NCBI GenBank assembly: GCA_964511525.1
Contig: CAZEFX010000001.1
Span: 1,047-65,046, forward strand
Direction: 5' to 3'
Source: an uncultured Jutongia sp.
GTDB lineage: Bacteria > Bacillota > Clostridia > Lachnospirales > Lachnospiraceae
DNA: 64,000 bases
Made by a program: the position numbers and the translations under genes. Shown here piece after piece: positions 1-9,724 of the stretch; the stretch's first letter is position 1; every line of letters begins with the position of its first letter. The notes under the pieces were generated by a model. That model did no database searches. It worked only from the letters and a program-made list of their open reading frames with translations, and was not told where the DNA came from.

Positions 1-259
1 ACGTTTATAGAAAATATGTTATAGCAGGGTTTAATGAAAAAATAAAAATGAATGTAGCCTATGTGGGTATATACAAAAAAACTACACTGTCATACCCACA
101 TAAGTAGAAAAGAATCTTGTTATAGGAAGTTAAAATGTTCATAATGGATATATATAGAAAAAGATATTTGCTATACCCAGACTATACTTCTGAAGAGGGT
201 ATTTTCATTGTATTTTTTTCTATATACCCATAGTTACATTATTTTGAATTAATTCTTTA

Positions 260-1072
260 TTATAAAAAGTAATTTGCAATTATTTTTTCTACAGTATCGG
301 AACTGAGAGGGTGTTCTTTTGTTTCATATGTTGTGATTAATTGAATGGATGGAATGATACCATGAGAAGTATAGAGTTGCAATTTAGAAAAGACGTTATG
401 AGAATATGTTGGATTATCCATTAATCCGAAATGTTCCCAATAATACAAATCTCCTGTTTTTGGATGCCGAATAGTAAAGTCAGGAAAAAGAGTAATTTCG
501 CCTAAATGTAAGGCAGATTCATACCGAAAAGGAATCTTATTAATATATAAAAGCATATCAATAATGGATTCGGATTTTGAACGAACCAGATTACCAGAAC
601 TGCTTTGATGAAGTAAATGCTCAGGGTGCTTTGGATTGTGCTCATAGGAAGAATTCATCCAATCTGATAGTTCTTGAGAGAGTGGAGTAAAATGCGAAGA
701 GAGAAGATTCATAAATTCTGGTTTGTTTAAGAGTTGTTTTGCTTTAGAATCTTCAGAATGATGATTTAAATAGAATTGTATAGCTCGTTTCTCCTGCAAT
801 AAGTCATCTAATAAAAGAGAAAGATATTTTTTGAAAGCAAGTTGTTCTGCAAGTAGCCGATTCTTCTTAGGTAAATAGGTATTGGTGCCTTTAAGGCATT
901 GATACCACTTATAGTGATTACCATTGCGAGCGCAGCTTAAAGTCCCGGGAGGGAAGGTTTTTAATTTTTTCCGTATTCTTTCAATTTCAGTTTCAAGTCT
1001 AGTATATTCTAATAGCAATTTTTCGTAAATATGAGATACCTCCTTTTGTTTTGTTAAAATTAATAAAAACAT
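260..1072 (-). CDS. Conserved hypothetical protein with a C-terminal PD-(D/E)XK-like region; true start may be near 1030
   Basis: ORF track. Motifs VRSKSE, IPFRYE, PDFTI and YWEHFG. A strong RBS (AAGGAGGT) lies inside the ORF at about 1038-1045. Confidence 0.6.
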   Translation of the reverse strand: MFLLILTKQKEVSHIYEKLLLEYTRLETEIERIRKKLKTFPPGTLSCARNGNHYKWYQCLKGTNTYLPKKNRLLAEQLAFKKYLSLLLDDLLQEKRAIQFYLNHHSEDSKAKQLLNKPEFMNLLSSHFTPLSQELSDWMNSSYEHNPKHPEHLLHQSSSGNLVRSKSESIIDMLLYINKIPFRYESALHLGEITLFPDFTIRHPKTGDLYYWEHFGLMDNPTYSHNVFSKLQLYTSHGIIPSIQLITTYETKEHPLSSDTVEKIIANYFL

Positions 1073-1104
1073 TTTTTGCTTCCACTGTCAATAAAAAAAT
1101 GTAT

Positions 1105-1133
1105 TTGACATCCACAGAAAAGTATGTTATCCT
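1105..1133 (+). promoter_or_regulatory. SigA-type promoter for the leader/GNAT/rsgA transcript
   Basis: TTGACA at 1105, 17-nt spacer containing TG, TATCCT at 1128. Confidence 0.6.
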
Positions 1134-1166
1134 TGCTAAAATAAATTTGTAAAGGAGGTAATCAAG

Positions 1167-1238
1167 ATGATTGAGATGAAGAGAACAATTTTTGACAACT
1201 GTATAATGATGATGATTACCTCGGAGAACAGCAGATAA
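1167..1238 (+). CDS. Putative leader peptide MIEMKRTIFDNCIMMMITSENSR (23 aa)
   Basis: AAAGGAGG RBS at 1151-1158, ATG 1167, TAA 1236-1238, followed immediately by terminator hairpins. Confidence 0.6.
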   Translation: MIEMKRTIFDNCIMMMITSENSR

Positions 1239-1249
1239 GTATTATGTAT

Positions 1250-1330
1250 ATCGTGGTATCATTTTTGGTGCCACGATTTTTTTGTGTCTAAACCTATGTT
1301 TTGCCAGAGATTTTGTGTCTCTGGCTTTTT
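1250..1330 (+). terminator. Two tandem intrinsic terminator hairpins (attenuator)
   Basis: ATCGTGGTATCA/TGGTGCCACGAT plus T run (1250-1283); GCCAGAGA/TCTCTGGC plus T run (1303-1330). Confidence 0.65.
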
Positions 1331-1388
1331 GTGTTTTGACAGGAAAATATCGAATCTGTTTTTCGGGGAAGGAAAGGATGTGGGATAA

Positions 1389-2336
1389 ATGTATCAATTT
1401 ATCGAAATCAAACTTATGAATTGTGAAGAAGCAGTATCTCTTTGTGAACAGGAGTATATTGCACAGCAGCAGAGAAACAAATCTATGCCTCAGTGGAATC
1501 AAGAGATGGGAAAAAGTCTGAGGGGAATTATTGAATATGCTCAGAATGCAGCTTATGGAAAAGCAATACTTTACGAAGGAAAACTAACAGGATTTCTTGC
1601 ATTCTTTGGACCATGGGATGGATTCCACGGAGTAGCTAGAGGTGTTTTTTCGCCTCTTGGTGCAAGCGCTTTTAGTGGTGAGGATCGCGGAAAGACAGCC
1701 TCACTTCTTGTTGCGGCTGTTGCAGAAGAACTTGTGAAAGAAAAGATTTTTAGTATAGCCATGAGCCGGTATGCTGGTGATGAAGAAGTGAACCGCTCCT
1801 TATGCTTCAATAGTTTTGGAATCCGGTGTTCTGATGCTGTTATGCTATTGGAAGAGTATGAGTTTTCTCGAAAGAATCAGGAGCTTCATATTATAGAATT
1901 AAAGGGGGATGAAAAGATTCAGATAAAACCATTGTATGCGGAATTAATCAAGCATCTTGCCAAGGGACCTTGCTTTTTTCCAACTCCAGTGGGGCAGTTA
2001 GACAGATGGTTTGAAAATACCGAAAGTAGATTAATTGCAGCAAAGTGTGGAAATCAAGTAGTAGGCTATATGGCACTGGATGAGAATGCAGAGAATTTTC
2101 TTACGGAACGAAAAGATATGTACAATATATGTGGGGCTTTTGTTTTGGAAGAATATCGTGCATTAGGAGTAGCAAAGCAAATATTGGATACCATTGTAGA
2201 AATATGTATTAAAGAGGGAAAAAGTTATCTGGGAGTGGATTATGAGACTATGAATCCTACTGCGCTCCGCTTCTGGACTAAATATTTTGAACCTTATACA
2301 TATTCCTTTATTAGAAGAATTGATGAAAGGATTTGA
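1389..2336 (+). CDS. GNAT family N-acetyltransferase
   Basis: C-terminal GNAT motif A (AFVLEEYRALGVAKQIL) and N..A..FW. Confidence 0.8.
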   Translation: MYQFIEIKLMNCEEAVSLCEQEYIAQQQRNKSMPQWNQEMGKSLRGIIEYAQNAAYGKAILYEGKLTGFLAFFGPWDGFHGVARGVFSPLGASAFSGEDRGKTASLLVAAVAEELVKEKIFSIAMSRYAGDEEVNRSLCFNSFGIRCSDAVMLLEEYEFSRKNQELHIIELKGDEKIQIKPLYAELIKHLAKGPCFFPTPVGQLDRWFENTESRLIAAKCGNQVVGYMALDENAENFLTERKDMYNICGAFVLEEYRALGVAKQILDTIVEICIKEGKSYLGVDYETMNPTALRFWTKYFEPYTYSFIRRIDERI

Positions 2337-2340
2337 CAAA

Positions 2341-3327
2341 ATGAAAAATGAGATACAAATAATTGATGGGCGTGTAATTTGTATACAAAGAGATACATTT
2401 TATGTGAAAAGTGATGCAGGTGAGCATTTGGCACATTTGACAGGGAGATTAAGAGACGGAGAGGAAATCCCGGTGGTTGGAGACTTTGTAAAGGTTTATC
2501 TGGATGAGTATGGCAGTGCCAGTATATTTCAGATATTGCCAAGAAAAAGCTTCTTTGTGAGACCAGACAGGAAGGGACATGCTGACGGATACGTAAAAAA
2601 TATGCAGGAACAGCCAGTGATAGCAAATTATGATTATGTTTTTATTATAACATCCCTGAATTCTAATTTTAATGTAAATCGAATTGCCAGATATGCAGCA
2701 ATTACCACGTCTGGGGGCGGCACACCTGTAGTGATTCTGACAAAAGCAGATTTGGCAGACAATGTAAATGAGTATATAGAGAAGGTAAGAATAATTAATG
2801 AAACCATGGACATTATTGCTGTAAGCTCCTTTACGGGGGAAGGAATAAAGCAGCTACAAAAGTATTTTCTGCCGGGAGTTACCATTGCACTCCTTGGTTC
2901 CTCAGGAGCTGGAAAGTCTACTCTAATCAATACCCTTGCTGGGACAGAAATCATGCAGGTGAGTGAAATCCGTCAGGGGGATTCCAAAGGTCGTCATACC
3001 ACGACTCACAGACAAATCATAGAGTTAAATGGCGTTTCTTTGATTGATACTCCGGGTATGCGGGAACTTGGCATGTGTGATGTAGGAGATGCGGTAGACA
3101 GTACCTTTCAGGATATTGCAAAATTGATTCAAGGCTGCAAATTTTCAGACTGTCATCACGATACAGAGCCAGGATGCGCCATAAAGAATGCTTTAGATAG
3201 TGGAAAATTATCAGAAAAACGCTGGAGCATGTATTGCAATCTGCAGAATGAAAGCAACTGGGCGAAAGGACTAAAACATAAGAAGATGGTGGAGATAGCA
3301 AAGAAGAGAAGAATGTTAAAAGGATAA
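2341..3327 (+). CDS. rsgA: Ribosome small subunit-dependent GTPase A (RsgA family, probably a paralog)
   Basis: Permuted GTPase motifs TKAD, GSSGAGKS, GRHTTT and DTPG; Zn finger CKFSDCHHDTEPGC. Start set at MKNEIQ. Confidence 0.9.
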   Translation: MKNEIQIIDGRVICIQRDTFYVKSDAGEHLAHLTGRLRDGEEIPVVGDFVKVYLDEYGSASIFQILPRKSFFVRPDRKGHADGYVKNMQEQPVIANYDYVFIITSLNSNFNVNRIARYAAITTSGGGTPVVILTKADLADNVNEYIEKVRIINETMDIIAVSSFTGEGIKQLQKYFLPGVTIALLGSSGAGKSTLINTLAGTEIMQVSEIRQGDSKGRHTTTHRQIIELNGVSLIDTPGMRELGMCDVGDAVDSTFQDIAKLIQGCKFSDCHHDTEPGCAIKNALDSGKLSEKRWSMYCNLQNESNWAKGLKHKKMVEIAKKRRMLKG

Positions 3328-3348
3328 AATCTTCTGTGTCATTTATTG

Positions 3349-3388
3349 AAAAACTACCTTAATCGTAGTAAAATTAAGGTAGTTTTTA
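3349..3388 (+). terminator. Intrinsic terminator
   Basis: AAAAACTACCTTAAT/ATTAAGGTAGTTTTT inverted repeat after rsgA. Confidence 0.7.
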
Positions 3389-3428
3389 TGTTCGGGAAAT
3401 ACAAATCTTATACAGGGAGGCTATACCA

Positions 3429-4919
3429 ATGAAAGAAAAAAACGTAGATTATTCTATAAAGGAAGTTGCGGAGCAGGGCAGGAATAAAACAGCTATGACA
3501 GGTGTGTTTATTATGTATACCATTCTGGCAGCGGCTTATTTGATTGAAGTAATCAAACATACTCGAAGTATTGCATCCTATAGTGTTGTATTGATTCTAT
3601 GTGTTCTGCCGTGTGTTTTATCCTTAATTGCCTATAGGAAACAGAAAAACTCTCCTATGATTAAATACATATGTGGAGTTGGATTTTCTTTATTGTACAG
3701 TTATATTATGTGGACCACCAGTACTGATTTAGCATTTTGTTATGTGATTGTTGTATTTGTGGCATTTGTGGTATATACCGATATGAAGCTGTTAGTGGGA
3801 ATGGGTGTGTATGCTTTACTTGTGAATATAGTGATTATTGTAAAAAAGGCTTTGACTGGGGAATTGTCTGGTACAAGTCTTACTAATGCAGAAATTATTA
3901 TTGCATGTTTGATTTTAACCTGTGTTTTTACCTTGCTATCTATTCGTAAAATAGTAGAGATTAATGATGCAAATATCTGGAAAGCAGATGCGGAAAAGCA
4001 GCAGGCAGATGAGTTGTTAAATACTACATTAGACGTGGCTTCTTCTATGACAGAAAATATTGCAAATGCAGTAGGAGAAACAGACGAGTTAAAGGATTCC
4101 ATCGGAATGACCCAGCGGGCTATGGAGGAACTGGTTGCCAACACCAATGAAGAAGTAGAAGCAATCGAAAGCCAGAAGCAGAGTACAGAGAAAATTAATC
4201 AGCATATATTAGGGGTAGAAACATCTGTGAATTCTATTGTGAAAGAGGTAAATGATGCGGAAGAAAATCTGACAGCCAGCAATGTTGTTGTGGAAGAGCT
4301 GTTGAAGCAGGTGAAGGAGTCAGAAGTATCTAATGCACTGGTGGTGGAAAAGATGGAAGGGCTGCGAGAATATGCAGGGAAAATGCAGGAAATTATGGAG
4401 CTTATCCGTAATGTTGCAGACCAAACTGGTTTATTAGCATTGAATGCCAGTATAGAAGCGGCAAGAGCTGGAGAAGCCGGAAAAGGTTTTGCAGTAGTTG
4501 CATCTGAAATTTCAAATTTATCTACACAAACTAATAGTGCGACGGGAGATATTGATCGTTTAATTGGAAACATTGTCACTTCTATTGGAGATGTTACGGA
4601 TGCTATGGATAAACTGTTGGAAGGCAGCAAGATGCAGAATCGGTGTGTGGATAACACAGCGGATAATTTTAACAAAATTCATAACAGTACCCAGAGTATT
4701 TTCGGTCAGGTATCCCAGCTGAGAGACATTGTAGAGGTAGTGACAGAAGAGAACCATCAGGTGGCTGAGAATATCGAAAACATATCTGTTATTATGGAAA
4801 AGGTTATGAATGGTGCCAATGAAACCTATGAGAATTGTAACAGTAATCTTACTAGTGTAGCAAATATGGTGTCGGTTATGGATAACTTAAAAGAAGAGGC
4901 AGAAAAATTGCAGCAATAG
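3429..4919 (+). CDS. Methyl-accepting chemotaxis protein with a multi-TM N-terminus
   Basis: QTGLLALNASIEAARAGEAGKGFAVVASEI signalling motif. Confidence 0.93.
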   Translation: MKEKNVDYSIKEVAEQGRNKTAMTGVFIMYTILAAAYLIEVIKHTRSIASYSVVLILCVLPCVLSLIAYRKQKNSPMIKYICGVGFSLLYSYIMWTTSTDLAFCYVIVVFVAFVVYTDMKLLVGMGVYALLVNIVIIVKKALTGELSGTSLTNAEIIIACLILTCVFTLLSIRKIVEINDANIWKADAEKQQADELLNTTLDVASSMTENIANAVGETDELKDSIGMTQRAMEELVANTNEEVEAIESQKQSTEKINQHILGVETSVNSIVKEVNDAEENLTASNVVVEELLKQVKESEVSNALVVEKMEGLREYAGKMQEIMELIRNVADQTGLLALNASIEAARAGEAGKGFAVVASEISNLSTQTNSATGDIDRLIGNIVTSIGDVTDAMDKLLEGSKMQNRCVDNTADNFNKIHNSTQSIFGQVSQLRDIVEVVTEENHQVAENIENISVIMEKVMNGANETYENCNSNLTSVANMVSVMDNLKEEAEKLQQ

Positions 4920-4961
4920 ATAGACATTCTCATAATATCAGTAGTGTAAAAGTGACGCAGA

Positions 4962-4997
4962 AAAGGTCTCTGGCTTAAACGACAACCAGAGACCTTT
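4962..4997. terminator. Hairpin between convergent genes (probably bidirectional terminator)
   Basis: AAAGGTCTCTGG/CCAGAGACCTTT. Confidence 0.65.
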
Positions 4998-4999
4998 AA

Positions 5000-5677
5000 T
5001 TAATCTTCAATTAAACGTAAGCCAGCGGTATCTGTTACTGGCAGAGAAAATACAATAGATTTCGCCTTGCTATCCAGCCCGGCTTTTTTCATAACAGCTT
5101 GCATTATGCTGTTTTTTTGCTCTGTTTTCGTAACGATATATAAGATTTCTTTTTCTGCGGCAAGAGAAACTCCCATAAATTTTTCTGCAATTTCCATGCC
5201 GGTTCCCTTAGCGTGGATTACGGTTCCACCGTAGGCTCCAGCTTCTCTGGCGGCATCCATAATCAATTCTGTATAGCCCTGTTCGGCAATCACTACAATC
5301 AGTTCATGAGTTGTATTTTTCAAGGTTGATTCCTCCTCTTTCTGATAATCATCTTTTTCAATAAGAAACTGTAAGGTTTTCTTTCCGCCGATACTGCTTA
5401 GTGGAATGGTGAAAGAGATTCCACCACCAGGAGCATCAATTTTCAATTTTCGTTCCATCTGTTTTTTGATATTTTGCCAGTTCTCTTCCTCTAGCACTGA
5501 GAAGGATACGGCTTTTTCAGCGGAGTCCAGACCAAGATAATCCATAACCTCATTTGCTGCGGTACCCATTCCCAGAGTTGCAAACATAACATGAAGGTTG
5601 TTCTCCTGAAATAAATCTAGGTATTTGTGGATATCCTTACGTTCCACAATGGTTGTCATAAAATATAAATTTCCCAT
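5000..5677 (-). CDS. P-II family regulator-like protein (tandem domains)
   Basis: MDAAREAGAYGGTVIHAKGTG motif; typical partner of DUF1538. Confidence 0.8.
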   Translation of the reverse strand: MGNLYFMTTIVERKDIHKYLDLFQENNLHVMFATLGMGTAANEVMDYLGLDSAEKAVSFSVLEEENWQNIKKQMERKLKIDAPGGGISFTIPLSSIGGKKTLQFLIEKDDYQKEEESTLKNTTHELIVVIAEQGYTELIMDAAREAGAYGGTVIHAKGTGMEIAEKFMGVSLAAEKEILYIVTKTEQKNSIMQAVMKKAGLDSKAKSIVFSLPVTDTAGLRLIED

Positions 5678-5731
5678 AATAGCCTCATTTCTATAAAAAA
5701 GAGTTGTTTTATTTATGTAAATTTTAAAATA

Positions 5732-7270
5732 TTACAGTTCAATGATTTCAAAGTCGTCACTGGTATCCGCAAGCACAGTACCTTCCTGTGCCAGAATATC
5801 TTTGTGAAGCTTATTTTCTTTGATTTTAAATAACAGTCCCATAATCTGGATAGTAATTAATGGAGTCATTGCTACCATTGCCACAATACCAAAGGCATCG
5901 GTGATAATATTTCCGCCTAAGGCCTGACAGGCTCCCATGGCAAATGGAAGTAAAAAGGTGGCTGTCATTGGACCAGAAGCTACTCCACCAGAGTCAAAGG
6001 CAATAGCTGTAAACAATTTTGGTACGAAGAAAGTCAGTACCAGTGCAATGAAATATCCCGGAACCAAAAACCAAAGAATAGAGATTCCTGTCAGTACACG
6101 AATCATTGCCAGTCCTACAGAAAGGGAAACACCAATGGATAAGCTGGTGCCCATTGCCTTAGCGGAAATAAAGCCAGAGGTTAACTCCTCTACCTGCTTG
6201 GTCAGAACGAATACCGCAGGCTCTGCTAGTACAATAAAGTAACCAATAATCATACCAATGGGAACAATAATCCAAGCATAAGGAAGTCCGGCAATAGTCT
6301 GTCCTAAATAATTACCAGCAGGCATAAATCCAACATTTACTCCTGTTAGAAAAAGTACCAGTCCAATATATGTATAGAGTAATCCGATTCCTATTTTAAT
6401 CAAGGTTCTCTGGGTAATGTCTCTGGAAATTAGCTGAAAGATTCCGAAAAAGATTACAATTGGTAGAATGGACAGTGCCATTTCCTCCATATAGGCAGGA
6501 AGCTCCGCTGTAAATAATTTCCACAAATCCACAGTGTTATCAATAATTGGAATGCTTTCCGATACCTGCTCTGTGGATTCTGGTTTAAAAATCATTCCTA
6601 GGATTAATACGGCAAGAATCGGTCCAATGGAACACATGGAAACCAGACCGAAGGTATCGTCTTCTGCGTGTTTATCACTTCGGATAGCAGCAATACCAAT
6701 ACCAAATGCCATAATGAAAGGTACGGTCATTGGACCGGTAGTAACACCGCCGGAATCAAAGGCGATGGTAAGAAAATCCTTTGGAACAAAAAATGCCAAA
6801 GTAAATACAATCAGATAAAATATCAGTAATAAATGGGAAAGTGGTATTCCAAAAAGCATACGTAAAACCGCAAAAACCAGAAAAAGACCTACTCCCATAG
6901 CTACTGCTAAAATCAGTACCAGATTTGGAATAGAAGGAACCTGTTGTGCCAGTACCTGCAAATCCGGTTCAGATATAGTGATTCCCAGACCCATTACAAA
7001 ACTCATAAGAATAACTAGAAATATTTTTTTTGATTTTGTTATAACGGAACCCACTCTTTCTCCGATAGGAGTCATGGAGTGCTCCACACCTACATTAAAA
7101 AGAATCATACCCAAAATCAAAAGTACGGCTCCGATTAAAAAAGTCATTAAAATGCTGGGGGGGATAGGTGCAATGGAAAAGCAAAGCAGTAATACAATAG
7201 CCAGCACAGGAAAAACCGCTTTTAGGGTTTCTGTTAATTTATCTTGAAAATTAGAATGTAAAAATTGCAA
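5732..7270 (-). CDS. DUF1538 double-domain membrane protein; start probably TTG at 7270
   Basis: Two repeats of EP..AFDSGGV(T/A)(T/S)GPMT; RBS-like AGAGG upstream of the TTG. Confidence 0.85.
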   Translation of the reverse strand: MQFLHSNFQDKLTETLKAVFPVLAIVLLLCFSIAPIPPSILMTFLIGAVLLILGMILFNVGVEHSMTPIGERVGSVITKSKKIFLVILMSFVMGLGITISEPDLQVLAQQVPSIPNLVLILAVAMGVGLFLVFAVLRMLFGIPLSHLLLIFYLIVFTLAFFVPKDFLTIAFDSGGVTTGPMTVPFIMAFGIGIAAIRSDKHAEDDTFGLVSMCSIGPILAVLILGMIFKPESTEQVSESIPIIDNTVDLWKLFTAELPAYMEEMALSILPIVIFFGIFQLISRDITQRTLIKIGIGLLYTYIGLVLFLTGVNVGFMPAGNYLGQTIAGLPYAWIIVPIGMIIGYFIVLAEPAVFVLTKQVEELTSGFISAKAMGTSLSIGVSLSVGLAMIRVLTGISILWFLVPGYFIALVLTFFVPKLFTAIAFDSGGVASGPMTATFLLPFAMGACQALGGNIITDAFGIVAMVAMTPLITIQIMGLLFKIKENKLHKDILAQEGTVLADTSDDFEIIEL

Positions 7271-7479
7271 TGATATCCAACCTCTTTCTATTATTTCTTT
7301 ATCTAGAATAACATAAAATCGTAATTTCATAAATAGGGGAAAGAATGAAATAGAATAGGTTGTTATAAAAAGAATTTATTGACAAAAAAATACAAAGTGC
7401 TATAATTTTGCATAGCCTACTAAAATAGTAGGAAAAGAAAATCCATAGTTATAAGCTGAGTGAAGGGAATGGTTATAAC

Positions 7480-8391
7480 ATGACATTAACACAGTTAAGA
7501 TATGTCATCACTGTTGCAGAATCAAAATCAATGAATGAGGCTGCGAAACAATTATTTATTTCGCAGCCTAGTTTATCTTCTGCCATAAAGGAGTTAGAGG
7601 AAGAAATTGGAATCGAAGTATTCCGAAGAAGTAATAAAGGTGTTTTTACCACTCCTGAGGGGGAGGAATTTATAGGGTATGCAAGACAGGTGGTAGAACA
7701 ATACAATTTGATTGACAAAAAATATATACAGAAAGAGAATATAAAGAAAAAATTTGGTGTGTCCACTCAACACTATACCTTTGCAGTAAACGCTTTTGTG
7801 GAAATGGTAAAACAGTTTGGTATGGATGAATATGAATTTGCTATTCACGAAACTAAAACCCATGAGGTTATAGAAGATGTAAAGAACTTTAAAAGTGAGA
7901 TTGGTATTTTATATATTAATGACTTTAATCAGAAAATATTAAACAAACTGTTTACAGAATACGGATTGGAGTTCCATCCTATCTTGGATTGTTATATTTA
8001 TGTGTACATGTGGAAGGGGCATCCTTTGGCAAAAAAGGAAGAGATTGCATTAGAAGAGCTAGAAGCTTATCCTTGTTTGTCTTTTGAGCAGGGAACCAAT
8101 AACTCCTTCTATTTTGCAGAAGAAGTGTTAAGTACCTATCACTACAAGCAGTTAATTAAGGCAAATGACAGAGCGACCTTACTTAATTTAATGGTGGGAC
8201 TAAACGGGTATACCTTATGTTCCGGTATCATTTGTGAAGAGTTAAACGGATCGGATTATTGTGCCGTGCGGTTAAAGTCAGAGGAAATTATGACAATAGG
8301 GTATCTTTCTAGAAAGGGAGTAGCCATTAGCTCTTTGGGAAGGAAATATATTGAAGAGTTGTCAAAATATAAAGATAAGGCTTTGAAATAG
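7480..8391 (+). CDS. LysR family regulator (sulfur amino acid, MtaR/CmbR-like)
   Basis: LysR HTH (AAKQLFISQPSLS); lies upstream of met/cys genes. Confidence 0.88.
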   Translation: MTLTQLRYVITVAESKSMNEAAKQLFISQPSLSSAIKELEEEIGIEVFRRSNKGVFTTPEGEEFIGYARQVVEQYNLIDKKYIQKENIKKKFGVSTQHYTFAVNAFVEMVKQFGMDEYEFAIHETKTHEVIEDVKNFKSEIGILYINDFNQKILNKLFTEYGLEFHPILDCYIYVYMWKGHPLAKKEEIALEELEAYPCLSFEQGTNNSFYFAEEVLSTYHYKQLIKANDRATLLNLMVGLNGYTLCSGIICEELNGSDYCAVRLKSEEIMTIGYLSRKGVAISSLGRKYIEELSKYKDKALK

Positions 8392-8416
8392 AGAGGGTTT
8401 TATTATATGGATGTTT

Positions 8417-8437
8417 GTTATAGAATATACCTATAAC
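8417..8437. promoter_or_regulatory. LysR-type box TATAG-N7-CTATA upstream of the met/cys operon
   Basis: Palindrome GTTATAG-aatatac-CTATAAC; matches the pattern of streptococcal MtaR/MetR boxes. Confidence 0.55.
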
Positions 8438-8548
8438 TGATGAAAGGTTATAAATATTATACACAAGGGTCTGATTATGCTATTCTTAATCCATACAAAA
8501 CAAGTAGGGAAATGGATTGCAGGAAAAGAATAAGCGAGGTGACCATAG

Positions 8549-9724
8549 ATGAGCATTGATTTATTAACAAAGTGTATTCATTTAGAGGAGGATTCCAGAG
8601 AAAATTTATATGGAGCGGTTAGTTTTCCGATTTTTCAGACTGCTACATTTGCACATCCCAGTGTAGGAAATAGTACAGGATATGATTATAGCCGCCTACA
8701 GAATCCAACTAGAGAGCATTTGGAAAAGACAGTTGCTGCTTTAGAAAACGGAATCAGTGCTTTGGCATTTTCTAGTGGAATGGCAGCCATATCCGCTTTG
8801 ATGGAATTATTTCATCCGGGAGATCATCTTATTGTATATGAGGATTTATATGGTGGAACTGTCAGATTCTTTGAACATATTAGTCAAAAAAATGGAATTC
8901 AAATTACCAGAATTGATTTCGCAAAAGAGGATGTAACAAATTTTATCCAGTCCAATACAAAGGCAATTTATATCGAAACACCTACCAATCCAATGATGAA
9001 CGTTATTGATATTCAGGAATTGGGAAATGTGGCCAAGAAAAATAATCTCTGGCTCATTGTAGATAATACATTTCTGACACCATATTTTCAAAACCCATTG
9101 GAGCTGGGAGCAGACATTGTCGTTCATAGTGGCACCAAATATCTGGGAGGTCACAATGATACATTATCTGGATTTCTTGTAACAGCAGATGCTGTAATTA
9201 GCGAAAAATTGCAGTTTATTATAAAGACCACAGGGGCAGGGCTTTCGCCTTTTGACAGCTGGTTGATATTGCGAGGAATCAAGACCTTAGGGGTTAGAAT
9301 GGAGAGAGCACAGGAAAATGCTTTTGAAATTGCTCATTGGCTTGAGCAGCAGGAGGAAGTAAAAAGGGTTGTCTATCCGGGACTTAAGAGCCATCCTGGA
9401 CATGAGTTGATTCAAAAGCAAAGCAGAGGCTTTGGTGCAATGATAACCTTTGAGGTGCAGAATGAAGAATTTGCCAGAAGCATATTAAATAATGTCCATC
9501 TGATACAATTTGCAGAAAGTCTTGGTGGGGTAGAAACCTTGATTACATACCCGGTTACCCAGACTCATGCAGATGTTCCAAAGGAATTATTAGAGAAAAA
9601 TGGCATCAATGAAAGAGTGTTACGTTTATCTGTAGGAATTGAATCGGGAAAAGATTTAATTAATGAATTTGAAAGAGTATTTAACAAAGCAAGGGAGGAA
9701 AACTATGGCAGAGAAGAATCTTGA
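8549..9724 (+). CDS. Cystathionine gamma-synthase/lyase (Cys/Met PLP enzyme)
   Basis: YSRLQNPTR, ETPTNP, HSGTKYLGGH and SLGGVE motifs. Confidence 0.9.
   Translation: MSIDLLTKCIHLEEDSRENLYGAVSFPIFQTATFAHPSVGNSTGYDYSRLQNPTREHLEKTVAALENGISALAFSSGMAAISALMELFHPGDHLIVYEDLYGGTVRFFEHISQKNGIQITRIDFAKEDVTNFIQSNTKAIYIETPTNPMMNVIDIQELGNVAKKNNLWLIVDNTFLTPYFQNPLELGADIVVHSGTKYLGGHNDTLSGFLVTADAVISEKLQFIIKTTGAGLSPFDSWLILRGIKTLGVRMERAQENAFEIAHWLEQQEEVKRVVYPGLKSHPGHELIQKQSRGFGAMITFEVQNEEFARSILNNVHLIQFAESLGGVETLITYPVTQTHADVPKELLEKNGINERVLRLSVGIESGKDLINEFERVFNKAREENYGREES

Noticed and set aside
55-235. AT-rich inverted repeats (TGGGTATATA/TATATACCCA)
   Set aside because: Low complexity; probably terminator-like sequence downstream of the first gene, and the upstream context is cut by the window edge.
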